Translations under genes and position numbers: made by a program
Part shown: one piece after another, positions 51,288 to 64,000 of the stretch
Layout of the letters: each line of letters starts with the position of its first letter
Position numbering within the stretch: the stretch's first letter is position 1
The notes under the pieces: generated by a model
Database searches by the model: none
Told to the model about the DNA's origin: nothing
Seen by the model: the letters and a program-made list of their open reading frames with translations, nothing else
Assembly (NCBI RefSeq): GCF_009914755.1
Contig: NC_060929.1
Origin: the human T2T-CHM13v2.0 reference genome, Homo sapiens
DNA: 64,000 nucleotides
Reading direction: 5' to 3' (one strand)

Positions 51288-52778
51288 TTTCCTGCCCCCC
51301 TCCCTTTTATAAGAGAACCCTTAATCCTAAGGGTTGTAAAGGGACAAAGATCCATCTTTTGTAACTTCTTCATGATGAATAGGGGTGAATGCCTTGGTAA
51401 AACAATTTTACCAAGGCTTTGACTGGAATATCTGACTGAGCTCCTCTCTACCCTGAATATAAGACGCATGTCAGAAAGCATCAGTATGGTGAGAGCCAAT
51501 CATAACTCTGAGTTCAAACAAAAGGTGATATCTGGAAGATTAATAAGTGTTCAATTTAAGAAAACATTTAGTAATTTTATTTTGCATTTCTACTTGAAGA
51601 GTACAGCTGCAATATATTTCACAAGAGCAAAGCAAAATAAGCAAAATTATTCCAAGTAAACCGAATTAGAAGGCTTTCCATGAACTGGGCAGTTGTTGGA
51701 ACCAAGCTTCTATGAGGTTGCTAGCTAATTCCAGTACATGCCCAGAATTAGAATATTGATCCAAATTTTTACATTACTTATTCCTCTTGTTTCTTCTGAG
51801 CAGCAGCTAGAGATCACTAGTTGGTTTACAGGAATGAGCAGGGTTAGTCTAAATTGCCGAAAAAAGAAACCTCAAAAACAACTGATGAGACTAGAATTTA
51901 AGAACAGGTATACCATAGTTTTTGAAACCTAATTTTTCTCTTTCCACTCTCCCATTTTTACTAAAGGCAAATCATGGTAAGATTGATTTGGTTGCCAAAT
52001 AAGTTTTAGCTTTATACTTGGCCTAATTATTTGTATAAAGTGCAGCAAGAATAATTATTTTTCACATAGGCTTTTTAAATTGGCTTCATTGGAACTCTGG
52101 TCCATAGAAGGAATGTCAGATGAGACTTTTTGAAAGCCAATCCCAGCTATGAGCTTATGCCCTCAAATACCTATGAGTTGAATAAATTTCTCTCCTCTCG
52201 AGGTCCCAAGGTAACTTGGGGCTTCTGGGCCAGTCAGAAAGTAACATTCTTTACTTACCACAGATCAGAACCCCTGTACACGGACTCTGTAGACAAAGTA
52301 TGAGGCCTATTTTCCCAAAGGGCTTTTATTGACTCTAAGTTTGATTCCTTAAAGGAAAGCACGCCATTCCAGTTAAAGTCTTGGTAAAATAACCAGTTTC
52401 TCTGTGTCCTGTTGCAAGAGAAAACACATTCTTATTGCACTTATGCAAATAACCATTGCTGTAAATTAAGAATACTCACAGATACTTTCAAAATTCTGGA
52501 GAAAACAGGTAGAGAGAAACAAATATGCTCCAAATTTTGTTCACAGGAGTATACTTTACTCAATTGCTAAAAACTGTAAATAGCTCAAAAGAAAAGTTTC
52601 CTTGACTCTGAAAAACAAAACAAAGGATCAGCAACATTTTAAGTGAAAAGCCAAATCTCCAGAGTTATCAATCAGAAACATGCATTTAAGAGCACCTGTT
52701 AGAGTTTCATAGCTGATTATAAAAATATCATTTAAAGAGGATCAAAACAAGATAACAATTGTCTATGGATGGCAAAGT
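51288..52778 (-). mobile_element. MER41/MER4-group internal sequence, 5'-truncated
   Basis: Contiguous with the LTR through the PPT; MER4-group-like non-coding internal sequence; no 5' LTR. Confidence 0.8.
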
Positions 52779-53037
52779 AAACCATTCCATTTTTTAAAAG
52801 ATAGTACTAAGTGGTCCTTGCTCTGGAGGGAATACAGATTGTCTGGTAAGGTATGCCATTCTAATTCTAGTGTCCCAGGATCTCCAGTGCTGAACAGTGC
52901 CCAGTCACCATAGGGAACTGTCATCCCAGCACTATGGCACCCCAATTTCTTAACCTCTTTTCTTCTCATAGGCCTGTCCTTCCTCATCTACTCATTCTTG
53001 TAGTCATAACCTAGGCTTCATCAGGTCCTATTATTTC

Positions 53038-53337
<300 letters not shown>

Positions 53338-53460
53338 AGGTCCTATTATTTCAAATCTTCCAAAATATCAACTTCAAGCCAACCTATCACCTCCTATATT
53401 TCCCATTCATTCCCTGGACTCCCTATCTCCAGCAAACTTTTGACCCCACCTGTATTATCT

Positions 53461-53764
53461 TTTTCTTTTTTGTTGTTGTTGTTGAAACAGAGTCTCACTC
53501 TGTCACCCAGGCTGGAGTGCAGTGGAGCAACCTCAGCTCACTGCCGCCTCCATCTCCTGAGTTCAAGCAATTCTCCTGCCTTAGCCTCCTGAGTAGCTGG
53601 GATTACAGGCACATGCCACTACGCCTGGCTAATTTTTGTATTTTTAGTAGAGACAAGGTCTCATCATGTTGGCCAGGCTGGTCTCAAATTCCCGACCTCA
53701 AATGGTCTGCCCACCTCAGCCTCCCAAAGTGCTGGGATTACAGGTGCGAGCCACCATGCCTGTC
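53461..53764 (-). mobile_element. AluS
   Basis: Full length, (TTG)n-type tail, degenerate TSD. Confidence 0.95.
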
Positions 53765-53797
53765 CCCCATCGTATTTTCAATCCGTTGATCCATCTT

Positions 53798-53977
53798 GTT
53801 ACTCTTACTGGTTTATTATAAAGGATATTGCAAAAGATACAGATGAAAATACATATAGGGCAAGGTATGGAGCAGGGGCATGGAGCTTCCATGCACTCCC
53901 TGGGTATGCCACCCTCCAGAAGCCTCCACATGTTCATCTGTCTATCCAGAAGCTCTCTGAACCCAATTCTCTTGGGT
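53798..53977. mobile_element. Internal fragment of a MER21-type LTR
   Basis: TTACTGGTTTATTATAAAGGATATTGCAAAAGATACAGATGAA...GGAGCTTCCATGCACTCCCTGGG. Confidence 0.75.
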
Positions 53978-53979
53978 CC

Positions 53980-56080
53980 TATCACCATTATACTGTCCTT
54001 AGTCCTTTGTGCTATGGCCTCACTTTATCCAGCTTAAATCACATGATCAACCATCATAATAATTCTCCTTGACAGTCTTTCATTTCCTTCCCTGTGTCCT
54101 GAACACTAAAATGCATCATATTTACTTACCTACACTACAATCCTAAATCAATTTAACTCCTCATCCACTCAGGGGCAGAACATGTACAACACAAAGAGCC
54201 AGAAAATAACCTCCAACCAAATTTCTGATTTCTCTTTAAATTTGTGATCAATAAGTGTGTTCTTAATACAATCATACTGTATTTCCCAAGTTTGTTCTCT
54301 TTCCCACTCTCCCAGATAATTATTTCACACTTTCCCTTTCTTCTCAAACCTCAACACCTTCTCCCTCATCTTCACTCACAGCCTCTGACCTTGCTTCCCA
54401 CTTGACAGGAATGAAGAATTGGAAAAGAACATCATGAGCCTCTCACCTACCTAATGGCTTTATTCCAGCAAAACTTTCTGTACTCTTCCCTCCCCCTTCA
54501 ATTGGATCACTTCCAGCAGCATACAGACAAGCTGTTATTACTCCTATCTTCCCCATCATCAGTGACTTATTTACTCTGTTTCTCCTTATAGCAGCACCCC
54601 CTGAAAGAGGTATCTAAACTCTCTGTCTTCACTTTCTTTCTATTCTGTCTTCAGCTCACACCAATCAGGTTTATTTTTTCTTCTCAACCATCTTGCAAAA
54701 CTCTTCTCATTAAGATTAACAATGACTTTTATGTTGTTAAATCCATGGACATTTCTCAGACCTAAGCTTACCTTTTTCCTACCAGGAGCATTTGATAAGG
54801 GGATTGAAACACTTTCTTCCTTTGCTTTCCAGGATGCCACACTTACCTGGTTTCCACCCACACTTCTGAGTGCTTTCTTTGTCTCTTTTGCTGGATGATC
54901 TGCATCTCCCTGACATCTGAGTGTTGAAGTGCTCTGGGGCTCAGTCCTCAACCTGCTTGTCTTTTACATCTGTGCTCTCTCCTTAGTTATCTCAGCCAGT
55001 CTCATTACTTTAAATACCATCCATATGCAGCCAAATGCACAGCCCTAGACTGAATTTTTTCCCTAATCTCTAGACTCATAGTTAACTTCCTACCTGACCT
55101 CTCCACCTGAATGTTTAATAGGCATTTTAAATTAAATATATGTCTAAAAATGAGCTCATAAAATTTCCCCACCCCCCAAAGCATGCTTTATTAATGGCAG
55201 TTTCATCCTTCTGGTTGCCTTGTTGTGCTCCTTGATGCCTCTCTCATTTCCTACATCCAGCCTTTCCACAAATCCCATTTGCTCTTCCTTCAAAATATAA
55301 CCAGAATTCAACTTTTCATCAACCCCACTGCTACCACTCTATTCCAAACCATCATCAGCTTTTTCTTTGATTATTGCAGTGGTTGCCTACCTGGCCCCTG
55401 AACTCCTGCCCTTACCCCCTTTAGCCTCTTTTCTATATACTAGGTTGACCAGTGGCCCTTAGTCCCCCTCCCCATTACTTTTTATTGTAACAAAAATTAA
55501 AACCCAAGTCCTTATTCTGGCTTACAGGGCCATGCATGGGCTGGACCCTATATTCACTCAGACCTCATATCTTGATCCTTTCCCCTTCATTCTCTCCAGG
55601 TCACCCACACAAACTTCCTTCTGTTCCCCAACACCCCATACTTGCCTGCACTTCTGAGCCCTTTTTCTCATTTTCCTTCTGTCTGGAATACTCTCTCTAG
55701 ATGTCTGCATGGCTGGCTCCCTCTTTTCCTTTGGGATTTTACTCAAAATATATCTTCACAATGAGGTATTCTTGGCTACTCTATCTAAAATTTCAATCTG
55801 TCTAAAATGTCACTCTATTCCTAACACTTTATATCCCCTTATCTTATGTCTTCACTTTGTGTAATTACTTCACTTGTGTAATTTTGGTCCATAAAATATA
55901 TCACTGTCTAACATAATCTAGACTATACCTATGCATCTTGTTTATTGCCTCTTCTACTAAAATATAAACTCTATGAAGGCAAGAATATTTGTCTGTTTTA
56001 TTCATTATTGTTTGCTGAGCTGGTAAAATAGTGTTTGACATAAATTAGCTATTCAATATATGTTTTTCACATGAATAAAT
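53980..56080 (+). mobile_element. Long L2a fragment (ORF2 region to 3' end)
   Basis: Collinear L2 motifs (CAATGACTTTTATGTTGTTAAATCCATGGACA; GCTTTCCAGGATGCCACACT; TAAACTCTATGAAGGCAAGAAT; terminal ATGAATAAAT). Confidence 0.8.
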
Positions 56081-57060
56081 TGTTTTTAGGAATATTACTT
56101 TGGGTACACCACTAGGCAACCATACACTATAAGGAATCGCCTGGTCTACCAGAAAGAACACTGATGTAGGAGTCTAAGAAACCAGAAACTTAGTCCCTGT
56201 TCTCTTATTAACTTGCTATGTGTTCTTGGGGAAATCATTTCTGTCTGCAGATGTCTGTTTTCCTATCTGTAATGTGAGAGGATTAAATTGGATTATTTCT
56301 TGTGTTCTATTCAGCTCAATAGGTAAGATAATGAGAAAGTTCAAGGAATAGGTGGGTCATTTTTGCATGAATTTTAGGATAATGTATGCTCTAGGAATTT
56401 TCAGTATTTGCAGTATGTGGCTTATAGTAGGCACATTAGAAATTCATTTGTATGTTAATCCCTGATTTGTTTCATCAGCTAGCTCTATGCATAGACCAAC
56501 CTGGAAATTCCAGACTACCTCACTCAAGTTTTGGATCTTGGTTCACTTTGTTATGTAGCTAAATCTTTGGCTCTTCTCAACAACTTGTATCTTATCTTAG
56601 CATATAAGTTGGCTAAAAGAAAAGTCAGGATTCAAACTAGAGTTTTTAAACTCTAACCGTACCACCACACGAGGCTGCTTGTTCTGCATGGATGAAGGTG
56701 CTTGTTTTCAACACGAACCATGATTCATTTGCTGCAGGCCAACTCAATAGAAAAACAATTGAGTACTATCTATTCACCATAGCATGCTGTCATTTGTGGG
56801 TCTTGAATTGATCACCTCAAAGGAGCTTGCCTGTCATTTCCCTCAAGAAATAAAGGCTCAGTGAAAACACTGTGGAATGTTGGTCTCATAAGCATTTCAC
56901 AAGTATTCACTGATGGCCAATAATGGAAACTACTGCTTAAGAACCTAGGCTTCAAAATCTCCTTTCTCACTGCCTAGCCACCTACATGACTTTCAACATG
57001 GGACTTAGCCATTCTGAACGTTCTTTTCCCATGCCAGACTTGGGAGGCATTATTGAGATC

Positions 57061-57064
<4 letters not shown>

Positions 57065-57108
<44 letters not shown>
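57065..57108. repeat. (TC)n microsatellite
   Basis: Direct reading. Confidence 0.97.
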
Positions 57109-58260
57109 CCCTAAATCTGTCAATCTTCAAGTCCTGATGGTTGTGTTTGCATCCTGAATATATTTAGACTTCACCCACTCTTTGTTTTCTCTCTCTTTCT
57201 CGGATTATTGTCCATTACAAATATGATATTGTTACTTTCTTCCTTGGCTTTCTCTGGTCCTTAGACTGAAGTTCCACAGCCTAAAAAGGACTCTAAATGT
57301 GTCTGAGCTGGCCCCTACCCTCACCAGTCTTACCTCAGGGATCTTGAGCTCCCTGGTCTTTCAATTCTCTCTGCCTAGAACGTTCTTCCCCCAAGCCACT
57401 TTACCCATTTACTGATATTCATGCTTCAGGTCTCCATCAATATTATTTTCTCAGGGAAACCTTGGAGAAAGTCGTCTTCTTATTGTTCACTCTCATAGCA
57501 CTTTGTATTTCACTTTTACAACAATTATCACAAATATAATTAAATATACATTTTTCTGTGATTACTTCATCACTCTTATTAGATGGCAAGCTCTATAAAA
57601 ACAGAAGTTCATAAATGTCTTATTTACCTCTGTACACTCAATGTGCTCAATGCCAGGCATACAGGAGGTCTTGAATTTATTCCTGAGGTTGATATCACAT
57701 CTCATACCATTGTAAGGATTCAACAAGTTAATCCTCACAATGCAGTTAGCACAGTGCCTGGCACATAGTAAGCACTCAGAGAATTGTAGCTATTTCTTGA
57801 GTCAGTATATACTACTGACAAATTTTACAGTTCAGCCTAAATACTAGGAACACAGAGGAAATGGAAAAGTTGTTCAGAATAAAAACAGTGGGAAAAATTT
57901 GCTGTTTTCTCTACTCTCCTTTGCTAACTTTAGGGCTTGGTGCTGAAGTCATAACTGTGCTGCCTGCATCTATCTCCAGTCCACACGGCCTCACCACAGC
58001 AGGAGCCCCCAGTGCTGTTTCTTAATCCTTCTTTTCCAGCCCTAATTGACAGACTATTGCTGTCCTGACAGTGGATTCTCTGAATCTGCTCTCCTTAAGC
58101 TCCCAGATATAACCACTCCCTGCACTTCAGCTGATGACTGTGCTGTCTGCTTCTCTGAGCCCATGCAAGACTAAATCCTTCTACTTTTTCTCTCCTATCT
58201 CACGTTCCCAGGGTCCACCCCTCTCGTGTGTCTCTGAAGAGGATGTTTTATTCACGTTCC

Positions 58261-58587
58261 TTTTTTTTTTTTTTGCTTCATATTATTTTTTATTATACTT
58301 TAAGTTCTGGGATGCATGTGCAGAATGTTCAGGTTTGTTACATAGGTATACATCTGCCATGGTAGTTTGCTGCACCCATCAACCCATCATCTACATTAGA
58401 TATTTCTCCTAATGCTATCCCTCCTTCTGCCCTCCACCCCCCAACAGGCCCCGGCGTGTGACGTTCCCCTCCCTGTGCCCATATGTTCTCGTTGTTCAAC
58501 TCCCACTTATGAGTGAGAACATGCGGTGTTTGGTTTTCCGTTCCCGTGTTAGTTTGCTGAGAATGACAGTTTCCAGCTTCTTCCATG
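58261..58587 (-). mobile_element. Short L1PA (about PA7/8) 3' end
   Basis: T-tail and L1PA 3'UTR; no clear TSD seen. Confidence 0.9.
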
Positions 58588-58638
58588 GAAACCCATTGCC
58601 TATCTCCCGATCAGCCCCATGGTCAAAAAGTCCCCTTT

Positions 58639-58657
58639 CTGTGTGCGTGTGTGTGTA

Positions 58658-58707
<50 letters not shown>
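58639..58707. repeat. (TG)n microsatellite
   Basis: Direct reading. Confidence 0.98.
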
Positions 58708-58708
<1 letters not shown>

Positions 58709-59026
58709 TTCTTACTGAGTCCTTTTTACTCTTCCTTTCCTTCCTTTTTTTATTCTTTCATTTTTTCAACTTTTATAATAGAGTATTTTAAACAAAAATA
58801 AATGTAAGGAGAATAATTCAATGAACCTCCATATAGCCTTCACCTAATTACAACAATCACAAATTCGTGGCTACATTTGTCTTATCTATAGATACCCAAC
58901 ACGCACCTCCACCAGATTATTTTGAAGCAAATCTCAAACATTATTACTTCATCCATATATACTATAATGTCTCTATAAAGGACTATTAAAAATAACCACA
59001 ACATCATCACACATAAAATATTAATA

Positions 59027-61375
59027 GCAAACAGAAACAGGTTGACTTCCTCTCTTCTTATTTGAATACGCTTTATTTCTTTCTCTTGCCTGATTGCCCT
59101 GGCCAGAATTTCCAATACTATGTTGAATAGAGGTGATGAGAGAGGGCACCCTTGTCTTGTGCCAGTTTTCAAGGGGAATGCTTTCAGCTGTCGCCCATGT
59201 AGTATGACGTTGGCTGTGAGTTTGTTATAAATGGCTCTTATTATGATGCGGTAGGTCCCATTCATACCTAGTTTATTAAGAGTTTTTAACATGAAGGGAT
59301 GTTGAATTTTGTAGAAGGCCTTTTCTCTGTCTATTGGAATAATCATTTGTTTTTTTTTCTATTGTTCTGTTCATGTGATGAATTATGTTTATTGATTTGT
59401 GTATGTTGAACCAGGCTTGTAGCCCGGGGATGAAGCCAACTCGATGATCATGGTGGATAAGTTTTTTGATGTGCTGCTGGATTCGGTGTGCCGGTATTTT
59501 ATTGAGAATTTTTGAATCGATGTTCATCAGGGATATTGGCCTGAAGTTTTCTTTTTTCATTGTATCTCTGCCAGGTTTTGGTATCAGGATGATGCCAGCC
59601 TCATAAAATGAGTTAGGGAGGGGTTCCTCCTTTTCAATTCTTTGGAATAGTTTCAGGAGAATGGTACGCTACCCTTCTCTTTGTATCTCTGGTAGAATTC
59701 AGCTGTAAATCCATATGGTCCTGGACTTTTTTTGGTTGGTAGACTATTTATTACTGCCTCAATTTCAGAACTTGTTATTGGTCTATTCAGGGATTCAATT
59801 TCTTCCTCGATAAGTCTTGGGAGAATGCATGTGTCCAGGAATTCATCCATTTCTTCTTGATTTTCCTTTTATTTGCATAGAGGCGTTTATAGTATTCTCT
59901 GATTTTTGTTTTTATTTCTGTGGGGTCAGTGATGATGTCCCCTATATAATTTTTACTGTGTCTATTTGATTCTTCTCTCTTTTCTTCTTTATTAGTCTAG
60001 CTAACAGTCTATGTATTTTTTTTTTTTTTTCAAAAAATCAACTTCTAGATTTGTTGACTCTTTTGAAGGGTTTTCCATGTCTCTATATGCTTCAGCTCCA
60101 TTTTGATCTTGCTTATGTCTTGTCTTCTGCTAGCTTTGGGGTTTGTTTGCTCTTGGTTCTCTAGTTCTTTTAGTTGCGATGTTAGGATGTTGATTTCAGA
60201 TCTTTCTAGCTTTTCAATGTGGGCATTTAGTGCTATAAATTTCCCTTTTAACACTGCTTTAGCTGCCTCCCAGATATTCTGGCACATTGTCTCTTTGTTT
60301 TCATTGGTTTTGAAGAACTTCTTGATGTCTGCCTTAATTTCATTATTTACCCAGGAGTCATTCAGGAGCAGGTTGTTTAATTTCCATGTAGTTGTATGGT
60401 TTTGAGTGAATTTCTTAATCTTGAGTTCTAATTTGATTGCACTGTGGTCTGAAAGACTGTTTTTTTATGATTTCAGTTATTTTGCATTTGCTGAGGGGTG
60501 CTTTACTTCCAATTATGTGATCTATTTTAGAGTAAGTGCTATGTGGCACCAAGAAGAATGTATATTCTGTTATTTTTGGGTGGAGAGTTCTGTAGATATC
60601 TATCCATTCCACTTGATCCAGAACTGAGTTCAAGTTATGAATATCTTTGTTAATTTTCTGTCTTCATGATCTGTCTAATATTGACAGTGGTATGTTAAAG
60701 TCTCTCACTATTATTGCATGGGAGTCTCTTTGTAGGTCTCTGAGAACTTGTTTTATAAATATGGGTGCTTCTGTATTGGGTGCATATATATTTAGGACAG
60801 TTAGCTCTTCTTGTTGAATTTAGCCCTTTACATTATGTAATGCCTTTCTTTGTCTTTTTTTTATATTTGTTGGTTTTGTCAGAAACTAGGGTTGCAACCC
60901 TTGCTTTTTTCTGCTTTCCATTTGCTTGATACTTTTTCCTCCATCCCTTTATTTTGAGCCTATTTGTGTCTTTACATGTGAGATGAGTCTCTTGAGTACA
61001 ACACACAGAGGGTTCTTCACTCTATCCAGTTTGTTATTCTGTGTCTTTTAATTGGGGCATTTAGCCCATTTGCTTTTAAGGTTAATACTGTTATGTATGA
61101 ATTTGATCCTGTCATCATGATGCTAGCTGATTATTTTACAGACTTGTTGATGTAGTCGCTTCAGAATGTCACTGGTCTGTGTACTTCAGTGTGTTTCTGT
61201 AGTGGCTGGTAATGGTTTTTCCTTTCCATATTTAGTGCTTTCTTCAGGAGTTCTTGCAAAGCAGGCCTGATGGTGATGAATTCCCTCAGCATTTTCTTGT
61301 CTGAAAAGGATTTTATTTCTCCTTCACTTAAGAAGCTTAGTTTGGCCAGATATGAAATTCCGGGTTGGAAATTAT

Positions 61376-61407
<32 letters not shown>

Positions 61408-62335
61408 TTTTTCTTTCTTTCTTTCTTTCTTTCTTTCTCTTCTTTCTTTCTTCCTTTTATTTCTTTCTTCTTTTTTTCTTTGAGACAGAGTCTCGTTCTG
61501 CCACCCAGGCTGGAGTGCAGTGGTGCGATCTTGGCTCACTGCAACCTCCGCCTCCTGGGTTCAAGCGATTCTCCTGCCTCAGCCTCCTGAGTAACTGGGA
61601 CTATGGGTGCGTGCCATCACGCCCAGCTAATTTTTTGTATTTTTAGTAGAGATAAGGTTTCATCATGTTAGCCAGGATGGTCTCGATCTCCTGACCTCAT
61701 GATCCACTTGCCTCAGCCTCCCAAAGTGCTGGGATTACACGCGTGAGCCACTGCGCCTGGCCAGGAAATTATTTTCTTTAAGAATGTTGAATATTGGCCC
61801 CCAATCTCTTCTGGCTTGTAGGATTTCTACTGAAATGTCCACTGTTAGTCTCATGGGCTTCACTTTATATGTAACCTGGCCTTTCTCTCTGGCTGCCGTT
61901 AACACTTTTTCCTTCATTTCAACCTTAGAGAATCTGACAATTATGTGTTTTGGGTTGATGTTGTCATGTAGTATCTTAGTGGTGTTCTCTGTATTTCCTG
62001 AATTTGAATGTTGGCCTGTCTTGCTAGGTTGGGAAAGTTCTCCTGGATGATATCCTGAAGTACATTTTCCAACTTGGTTCCATTCTCCTCGTCTCTTTCA
62101 GGTACCCCAGTCAGTCGTAGGTTTGGTCTTTTTACACAATCCCATAGTTCTCGGAGGTTTTGTTCATTCCTTTTTTTTCTTTATTCTCTAATCTTGTCTG
62201 CCTGTCTTATTTCAGCAAGATAATCTTCAGGCTCTGAAATTCTTCCCTTTGCTTGGTCTATTCAGCTGTTGATACTTGTGGTTGCATTGTGAAGTTCTCG
62301 TGTTGTGTTTTTCAGCTCCATCAGGCCATTTATGT
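59027..62335 (-). mobile_element. Internal L1PA fragment (ORF1 3' part, endonuclease, RT N-terminal part), disrupted
   Basis: ORF pieces [53 protein letters not shown] (ORF2) and KEKVLTAAREKGQVTYK (ORF1); many frameshifts and stops. Confidence 0.96.
61381..61762 (-). mobile_element. AluSc-like element in the L1, tail expanded to (TTTC)n
   Basis: TTAGCCAGGATGGTCTCGATCTCCTGACCTCATGATCC; TSD GGAAATTATT(T)TCTTT-like at 61367 and 61764. Confidence 0.93.
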
Positions 62336-63134
62336 AATAGTTTTCTTTTATGTCAATTATCCTGTCAGGACTTAAATATTCTACATTATTCTAATTTTTT
62401 AAATTATTTATTCCAATCACTATCCTAACAAGGTATGCATATTGCATTTGGTTGATATGTCCATTGACAAATTTCCTGTGCAATTTATTGGTTGAAGAAA
62501 CTGGTAATTTGTTCTGCAGAGATTTCCATATTCTGGATTTTGCTGACTATATCTCCATGTCTCTTCTCTTGGATCTCTCATTTGTCTTCCTCCATTTGAT
62601 AGTTCTTTCAACAGATATATGTGCTCAGTATTTCTCTACTCCACTCTCAACAAAAGCAATACAAAGTATATCCATGATAAAACAGATAAACTATGATCTC
62701 ATCCATATAAATGTAAATATGTGAATGTCTAGTTTGTATAAAGAAATGCAGAAAAAAATGGTCACAGAAGTGTTGATAATGGTTGTTTCAGTAGAAGTTT
62801 TTAAGTGACGACTTTTCTCATACTTTCATGAGCTAACATTTGCTAAAATGAATATGTATTTATATAACTAAAACGTGGCTAGGTTTTGAAATGGGGAAAT
62901 AGACAAAAAATTGAACTATCTTACTTTCTCTGTGTTCTACACTTCCATTTTATAAGTTCACTTTGGAATGAATGATTGAGATTCCTTTTAATTTTTTTCA
63001 TTAATTCAACAAATATTTTTAAGCATTTGCTAAATGGCAGACACAGTGGTTTAAAGACACGGGCTTCTCTATGCACCTGTATTAAACTGTAAAACTGAGC
63101 ACATTAAGCAAGTTCTTTACTACATAGCTCTAGT

Positions 63135-64000
63135 TGCTACTGGTGGATTTTAAGATAAAGTCCAAATGCTACACTGGAACACAAAAGGAACCTCCTGGCC
63201 TGGCCCCTGCACAGCTCACCAGGACTCATCCTTTGCCACTCAAACCTTTCCAAACTACTCTGGCTCCTTGAAATCTCACCATGATTTATCTTGGCTCTAA
63301 GGCTGTCCTCATGCTGATCCTTCTGCATAGAAAATTGTCTCCTTTTCCATTAACCTTCATCCTCCATTCACATGTGACTCCTATTCATCCTTCATTCTTT
63401 AGCTTCATCAATTCAGCTCAGAAGTCACCTTTTCCAAGAATCCTTTCCTGATATGACCCCATCATACCCTGTGCATGCTTTTATCATAGAAACAATAAAT
63501 TGCCACATTACAGGCTATTGATTCATAGATATAAGCACTAGACTGTGAGCTCCTGGAGGGCAGAGAACCCTGTTTAGCTTATTTCCTCAGATCCTCGCAC
63601 TGGACAATAACCAAGTATGTACTCAATAAATAGCTTTGAGTGAATAAATGAGAGGCCCCTCACTCTAGTGAATTTACTTTCTTAAGGCTTCCCCACTGCA
63701 CTATTTATAGTCAAATCCAGTGGCTCTCCTCCATAGCCTCTAACACCATTGTCCACACGTTCCTTCTCAGAAATCCTCTTTGCCTTGGTTTCTGTGACAA
63801 CATATTCTTTTTTGTATTCTTCCGGCTCCTGAAATCTCTCCTTGTTTTTTTAAATATATATATTTTTCCTTACCCCCTCAAATATTGATGATTTCCAAGG
63901 CTTGATCTTCAGACTTTGTCTCTTCACTCTGCATTCTCCCTTGAAGACACTGCCCACCCCCACAGCTCCAATGCCTCACTCCTAACCCAAGTAGATGTTA
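63135..64000 (+). mobile_element. L2 fragments
   Basis: ACTAGACTGTGAGCTCCTGGAGGGCAGAGA...CTCAATAAATAGCTTTGAGTGAATAAATGA, then an L2 ORF2-region piece running to the window end. Confidence 0.75.

Larger units (their letters stand above)
58745..62565 (-). mobile_element. Old L1MC-type 3' end split in two (58745-59026 and 62336-62565) by an L1PA fragment
   Basis: CCAGATTATTTTGAAGCAAATCTCAAACATTATTACTTCATCC on the left continues as ATTGCATTTGGTTGATATGTC...GTTGAAGAAACTGG...TTCTGGATTTTGCTGA on the right. Confidence 0.7.

Noticed and set aside
58882-59346. 154-aa RT-like ORF with hydrophobic tail
   Set aside because: L1 ORF2 fragment reading through the junction into old L1MC DNA; not a gene.

Overview
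Primate, almost certainly human, genomic DNA: it carries a full-length AluYa5 with all five diagnostic bases. The window is CpG-depleted, repeat-rich intronic or intergenic sequence, and I can support no protein-coding gene, tRNA or rRNA. The ORF-track entries are repeat-derived or short and spurious. The dominant feature is a complete minus-strand HERV-H provirus of the common deleted 5.7 kb type (36835-42580) with two 453-bp LTR7s and a GTACC target duplication. Other elements are a MER41B/MER41-int unit, six Alus besides the AluYa5, L1 fragments, MER58B, MER102, MaLR LTRs, many L2/MIR relics and microsatellites. Observations most worth testing: (1) the MER41 unit looks like an L1-mobilised, polyadenylated ERV retrocopy carrying a STAT1 GAS site; (2) the HERV-H 5' LTR has lost its KLF/SP boxes while the 3' LTR keeps them and has a strong splice donor just downstream; (3) a part-inverted local copy whose ends coincide with predicted splice sites; (4) a doubly truncated L1 with no poly(A). 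Repeat subfamily names come from recalled consensus sequences, not a database search, and all alignments were done by eye. I found no evidence sufficient to claim a new biological system.
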